DNA from: the human T2T-CHM13v2.0 reference genome, Homo sapiens
Reading direction: 5' to 3' (one strand)
NCBI RefSeq assembly: GCF_009914755.1
Contig: NC_060927.1
Length of the DNA: 64,000 bases
In this document: in pieces, positions 55,437-64,000 of the stretch
Position numbering within the stretch: the stretch's first letter is position 1
How the letters are laid out: every line of letters starts with the position of its first letter
Position numbers and translations under genes: made by a program
The notes under the pieces: generated by a model
Told to the model about the DNA's origin: nothing
Database searches by the model: none
What the model saw: the letters and a program-made list of their open reading frames with translations, nothing else

Positions 55437-58181
55437 TCAACCAAGAATTTCATATCCAGCCACACTAAGCTTCCTAAGTGAAGAAGAAATAAAATCCTTT
55501 TTGGATAAGCAAATCTTGAGAGAGTTTGTTACCACCAGACCTGCTTTACAAGAGATCTTTGAAAGAAGCACTAAATATAGAAAGGAAAGACCACTACCCG
55601 CTAGTACAAAAACACAAATACACAAGTCAGTGACACTATAAAGCAATCACATAAACAAGCCAGCCTAATAACCAGCTAACAACACAATGACAAGATCAAA
55701 TCCACACATATAAATACAAACATTGAATGTAAACAGGCTAAAAGCCCCACTTAAAAGGCATAGAGTGGCAAATTGGATTAAAAAACAATACCAAATGGTA
55801 TGCTGTCTTCAGGAGACCTGTCTCACACATAATGACACTCATAGGCTCAATGAACTGAAGAACATCTACCAAGTAAATGGAAAACATAAAAAAATCAGGG
55901 GTGGCAATCCTGATTTCAGAAGAAACAGATTTCAGACCATCAAAGATCACACACACATGAAAAAGATGAGCATTACATAATGGTAAAGGGTTCAATTCAA
56001 CAAGAAGACCTAACTATCCTAAATAAATATGCATCTAGCACAGGAGCTCCCAGATTCATAAAGCAAGTTCTTATAGACCTACAAAGAAATTTAGACTCCC
56101 ACACAATAATAGTGGGAGATTTTAACACTCCACTGACAGTATCAGACAAATCATTAAGGTAGGAAATTCACAAAGATATTTAGAACCTGAACTCAATATT
56201 GGACCAAGTGAATCTGATAGACCTTTACAGAACTCTCCACCCCAAAACAACAGAATATACATTATTCTCATTGACACATGACACATACTCTACAAATGAC
56301 CACATAATTGGACATAAAACAATCCCCATCAAATGTAAAATAATCAAAATCATACCAAACACACTCTGAGACCACAGTGCAATAAAAATAGAAGTCAAGA
56401 CAATGAAAAGTTCTCAAAACCATGAAACTACATGGAAATTAAACAACAGGCTTCTGAATGACTTTTGGGTAAATAATGAAATTAAGGCAGAAATCAAGAA
56501 GTTCTTTGAAAATAATGAGAACAAAGATACAACTAGAATCTCTGGAGCACTGCTTAGGCAGCATTAAGAGAGAAATTCATAGCACTAAATGCCCACATCA
56601 AAAAGTTAGAAAGATCTCAAATTAATAACAACTTCACAACTGAAAAAATTAGAGAAGCAAGAACAAATCAACTCCAAAGCTAGCAGAGGAAGAGAAATAA
56701 CAAAAATGAAGCTGAACTGAAGGAAAATGAGACACAAAAAAACTGGCACAAGACAAGGATGCCCTCTCACTACTCCTATTCATTACAGTATTGAAAGTCC
56801 TAGCCAGAACAATAAGGCAAGAGAAAAAAATAAAGGCATCTAAATGGGAAGAGAGGAAGTCAAACTATCTCTTTTGGCAGACAACATGATTCTATATCCA
56901 GAAAACCCCACAGCCTGGGCCCCAAACCTCCATGATCTGATAAACAACTTCAGCAAAGCTACAGGATGCAAAATCAACATGCAAAAGTCCCTAGTATTTT
57001 TATACACCCACAACAGCCAAACTGAATGCCAAATCAGAAAGGCAATCTCATTCACAAATGCTACAAAAAGAATAAAATATCTAGGAATACAGCTAGCCAG
57101 GGAGATGAAAGATCTCTAAAATGAGAATCATAAACACTGCTCAAATAAATGAAAGAAGACACAAATAAATGGAAAAACATCCCATGCTCACAGATAGGAA
57201 GAATCAGTATTATTTAAATGGCTACACTGCCTGAAACAATTTACAGATTTGATGCTATTTCTATCAAATTACCAAAGACATTCTTCACAGAAATAGAAAA
57301 AAACTATTTTAAAATTCATATGGAACCAACAAGAGCTTGAATAGCCAAGACAATTCTAAACAAAAAGAACAAAGCTGGAGGCATCACATTACTTGACTTC
57401 AAACTATACTACAAGGCTATAGTAATGAAAACAGCATGCTACTGGTACAAAAACAGTCACTTAAACCAATAGGACAGAATAAAAAGCCCAGAAATAAGGC
57501 CAAACATCTATGACCATCTGTTCTTTGACAAAACTGAAAAAACAAGCAATGGGGATAAGATTCCCTATTCAATAAATGCTACTAGGATACCATTCATCCA
57601 GGTATAACTAGATAAATGTGCTAGGATAACTGGCTAGCCATACATAGAAGATTGAAACTGGATTCCTTCCTTATATCATATACAAAAATCAACTCAAAAG
57701 GGATTCAATACTTAAATGTAAAACCCAAAATTCTAAGAACTGTAGAAGACAACCTAGGCAATACCATTCTGGACATAGGAGTGGGCAAAGATTTCATGAC
57801 AGGACATCAAAAGCAAGCACAATAAAAGCAAAAATTGACAAATGGGATCTAATTAAACTTAGCTTTTGCCAAGCAAAAGAAATTACCAACAGAGTAAACA
57901 GACAACCTACAGAATAAGAGAAAATTTTTGCAAGCAATGCATCTCATAAAGTTCTAATATCCAGCCTCTACAAGGAACTTAAACAAATTTACAAGAGAAA
58001 AACAAACAACCCCATTAAAAAATGAACTTGATCAGACAGTTCTCAAAAGAAGATATACACGTGGCCAATAAGCATATGAAAAAAAGCTCAATGTCACTAA
58101 TCATTAGAGAAATGCAAATCAAAACCACAATGTGATACCATCTCACACCAGTCAGAACGGCTGTTAAAAAGTCAAAAAATA

Positions 58182-58475
58182 GGCTGGGCACAGTGGCTCA
58201 CACCTGTAATCCCAGCACTTTGGGAGGCCTAGGTGAGTGGGTCATGAGGTCAGGAGTTTGAGACCAGCCTGGCTAACACAGTGAAACCCTGTCTCTACTA
58301 AAAATACAAAAATTAGCTGGGCGTGGTGGTGGGCACCTGTAATCTCAGCTACTTGGGAGGCAGAGGCAGGAGAATTGCTTGAACCCGGAGGTGGAGGTTG
58401 CAGTGAGCCAAGATCACTTCACTGCACTCTAGCCTGGGCAACAGAGCTAGACTCCGTCTCAAAAAAAAAAAAAAA
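58182..58475 (+). mobile_element. AluS (Sg/Sc-like) inside L1 ORF2
   Basis: Dimeric Alu; TSD aaaaagtcaaaaaata at 58166-58181 and 58476-58491. Confidence 0.9.
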
Positions 58476-59459
58476 AAAAAGTCAAAAAATAACAGATGCT
58501 GGTGAAGTTGCCGAGAAAAGGGAGTACTTATACACTGCTGGTGGGAGTTTAAATTAGTTCAATAATTGTGGAAAGCAGTATGGCAATTCTTCAAAGACCT
58601 AAAAGCAGAACTACCATTCAACCCAGTAATCCCATTACTGGATATATACTCAGACAAATATAAATTATTCTACCATAAAGACATATGAATTCAAATGTTT
58701 GTTGCAGCCCTATTCATGATAGCAAAATCACGGAATTAACCTAAATGTCCATCCATTTTCATTGGAGAAAGAAAATATGGTACATATACACCATGGAATA
58801 CTATGCAGCCATAAAAAAGAACAAGATCATGTCTTTTGTTGGAACTTGGATGGAGATGGAGGCTATCATCCTTAGCAAATTATTGCAGGAACTGTAAACC
58901 AAATACCACATGTTCTCATTTATAAGTGGGACCTAAATGACAAGAACTTATGAACACAAAGAAGGAAACAACAGACACTGGTATCTACTTGAATGGGGAG
59001 GGTAAGAAGATGGAGAGGACCAGGAAAGATAACTATTAGGTACTGTACTTGATACCTGGGTGATGAAATAATATGTACAACAAACCCCTGTGACATGTGT
59101 TTACCTATGTAACAAACCTTCATAGGTATCCCCAAACCAAAAATAAAAGTTAAATAAAAAGAAAGAAATCAGAAAGTGATCAACTCTGTGAGTGGGCAGA
59201 ATGAAGGGAAAATTGTCATAAAAGAGGCATGAAGAAATTTTCTGGGGTGGTGTAGATGACATCATTAAGAAAAAGAATAGGCATGCCACAGATTGGAAAA
59301 ATTTTTCCTAACACAGATATCTGACAAAGGACTCATATACTGAATATTTGTATTCTGTACATGGCTACATGCATACATAAAATTGTTAAGATTTATCAAA
59401 CAATACTTAAAACCTGTGCATGTTGTTGTATGTAAATTATACCTCAATTAAAAATAAAT

Positions 59460-61270
59460 ATGTATTGGGCACCTACCAAGTGCCAGATTCTGTGCAAACA
59501 AGTGTAAATACAGTGATGAACCAGACTTTGCTTTCATAAAACTAGAATATCCAATAAATGGCCTTTTCTAGGCTATTCAAGGATTTAGACTTCAACCATA
59601 TCCTTCTTTTTATCATCAACATAATCAACTATCTTTTTAAAATGTACATCCTGGAGTAAAAAAGTGCTACATAAGGAGTCAGGAGTCCTCAGTTTTCTGT
59701 CTTTGAGTAGTTTCCTGAACCCCAATTCTGTATTTCTCCTTAATGTCCTAATTTGCTAAACAAGGACATCAGTGCAATATCTTTTAAGCCCTATGTCTTT
59801 ACTTATTTTTATTCTTATTGTATATAATAAGGATAATAATATCCATTTTCTATAAAGCTATAAACATGGGGGGGGGAATTGTTCATCATAGAAGGAGACA
59901 GCCCTATTTTCTTTGGCCCTAATATGATACCTGCCATCACCAGATGTTCTATGGTGCCTCCACTGACTAATTTTTGGTGAGTTAAGCCAAGAGACTGACA
60001 GGTTTATTGGATGTTGAAGAAACTGAGGGGTAATTTGTATTGCCTTTATTTGAAATCTAATTGCCTTTTTAATGGCTTTTTCAATTATTTTAATTCTGAG
60101 ACAGAGTAATCAACCCAGAACCCCTATATTCAAATCAAAAAGCCCCAGCCATAGAAAGACCTTTTTAGTTTTCCAAGTGTAGAAACTTTTTGTTTTTAAG
60201 ATAATTAGTCAAGAGTCAGAGATGGGAAGGAAATCTAAAGAATCAGTATGCCCATAAACCATTCTCTCTTATAAACATTTAGAGAACATGCAAGAGTAAA
60301 TGGCTCTTTTATGAGGTCTGCAGAGAAACATAATACATAATTTGCGTTTGTTGTAATTTTTAAAATTTCATTTCTCCCAAATTGCTTAAACATTTTTTCA
60401 TTAGAGAAAATAAACTCACACACAGTATTACCAAACCTTTAAACAAATACCCCTTCCTGTCTCTCATGCTGTTCAGTTTCTGTAAGAGTCTGTAATCCCT
60501 TCTCACCCTTTCTTCATATCCATGCAACGTCTTTCCTTCCTTTCTATGCAATTTTTAATTTACTTCTATCAGTTATTTTCTCTATCAGCCTCTACCCATA
60601 ACTAATTTTGCCTCATTCTTAACACCTCTTTTCAGTATCATTAATTCAGTAATATATTCATCAGCAAAATCTTATTAAAGCACAAATAGTATTTGCAAGG
60701 TGTGAGCTCGGTACGAAGGATAGAGTGGTGAAGTGTTTTCCTGACATCTTAAAGCTCATAGTATAGGACACATTAAAAAGAAATAATTGCAAGTGTAATC
60801 ATTATTCCTTAACCAGTCCTTTTGCAAACTTTAAATTTGGTCTGTGAATGTGTGTTTAGATTTGTTTTTCAGTGGCCTGCCGATTCAAGGTATTAAAGTA
60901 AACCAAGCTTCTCTCAAGGCTGCCAACTACCACTACCGTCTTTTAACAGATAAGGTGTTTCTTGCTTAATAAATAGTTTCTCAGCATTCTAAAAATATAT
61001 CTCCCCAGGATCTCCCTGTCTAACTAGCTAAAGGAAAACAACTGGTGAGAAAGGAATGACAGATGTGGTCACTGCTGTGTTCCTTTTGTGGTTTTCACCA
61101 TTTAACGTTTTGCCTTTCATTCTCCTATTCATGTATTCACTTATTGATTTACTGAATTATTTATTTATTTATTTATTTATTCATTCATTCATTCATTCAT
61201 TCATAAATACATATGAGCCAGGGAGTATGCAGGATGAGTAATACCTAGTTCTTGTCTTAAGAAGCTCAAA
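59460..61270. mobile_element. Scattered L2 3' ends (~59460-59545, 60640-60810, 61130-61270) and a MIR (~59650-59790)
   Basis: 'tattgggcacctaccaagtgccag', 'attaaagcacaaatagtatttgcaaggtgtg', (TTCA)n tail, 'aggagtcaggagtcctcagtt'. Confidence 0.5.
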
Positions 61271-61626
61271 ATATAAAGTTCTATCTCAAAGTTATTTTGC
61301 CATTCAAAAAAGGTCAATCTCTCCACTTTGATTAAGTGGAGATAATATATATAGAGAGAGAGAAAGAGAGAGAGGTGGGAGAGAGCAAAACACATTTAAA
61401 TGTAAAAAATACTTTTTTTTAGTGATGGAGTATTCTACTAGATAGTATTGGATGTATATGTGTGTATGAGAGAGAGAGTGTGTGTATGTTTATGTACATA
61501 TATGTATCCTTACCTTACACTTCTATTAGTATCATATTCCTATAGGGATGTTTCCAAACTAGCTTTGACATAAACCACATTCTAAAATAGCCTTTCAATT
61601 ATGCAGAAAATAATAGTTATAAAATA

Positions 61627-64000
<2,374 letters not shown>

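Overview
Primate (most likely human) genomic DNA at the LSAMP locus (IgLON family neural adhesion gene, minus strand). The only host coding sequence is first exon 1b (1101-1255, signal peptide plus start of Ig domain 1), with its 5'UTR/promoter at about 1256-2260. The remaining ~62 kb is upstream, repeat-rich DNA. It holds a full-length L1PA3/4 (11421-17518), a ~26 kb nest of old L1s containing a full THE1 provirus, two near-full-length L1PA13-16/PREC2-age elements and several Alus, L2/MIR relics, and an inverted L1PA3-like element cut by the window end. No new protein family is supported; the long ORFs are all L1-derived. The best leads are: (1) an intact L1 ORF0 pointing at LSAMP, with both splice donors in phase with LSAMP acceptors; (2) two inverted L1s sharing rare substitutions, including an RT active-site change; (3) three local templated insertions copied from 1.0-1.3 kb away; (4) an L1 3' transduction; (5) a perfect RFX X-box in unique DNA. 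Repeat subfamily calls come from remembered diagnostic bases, and old-repeat boundaries are approximate.
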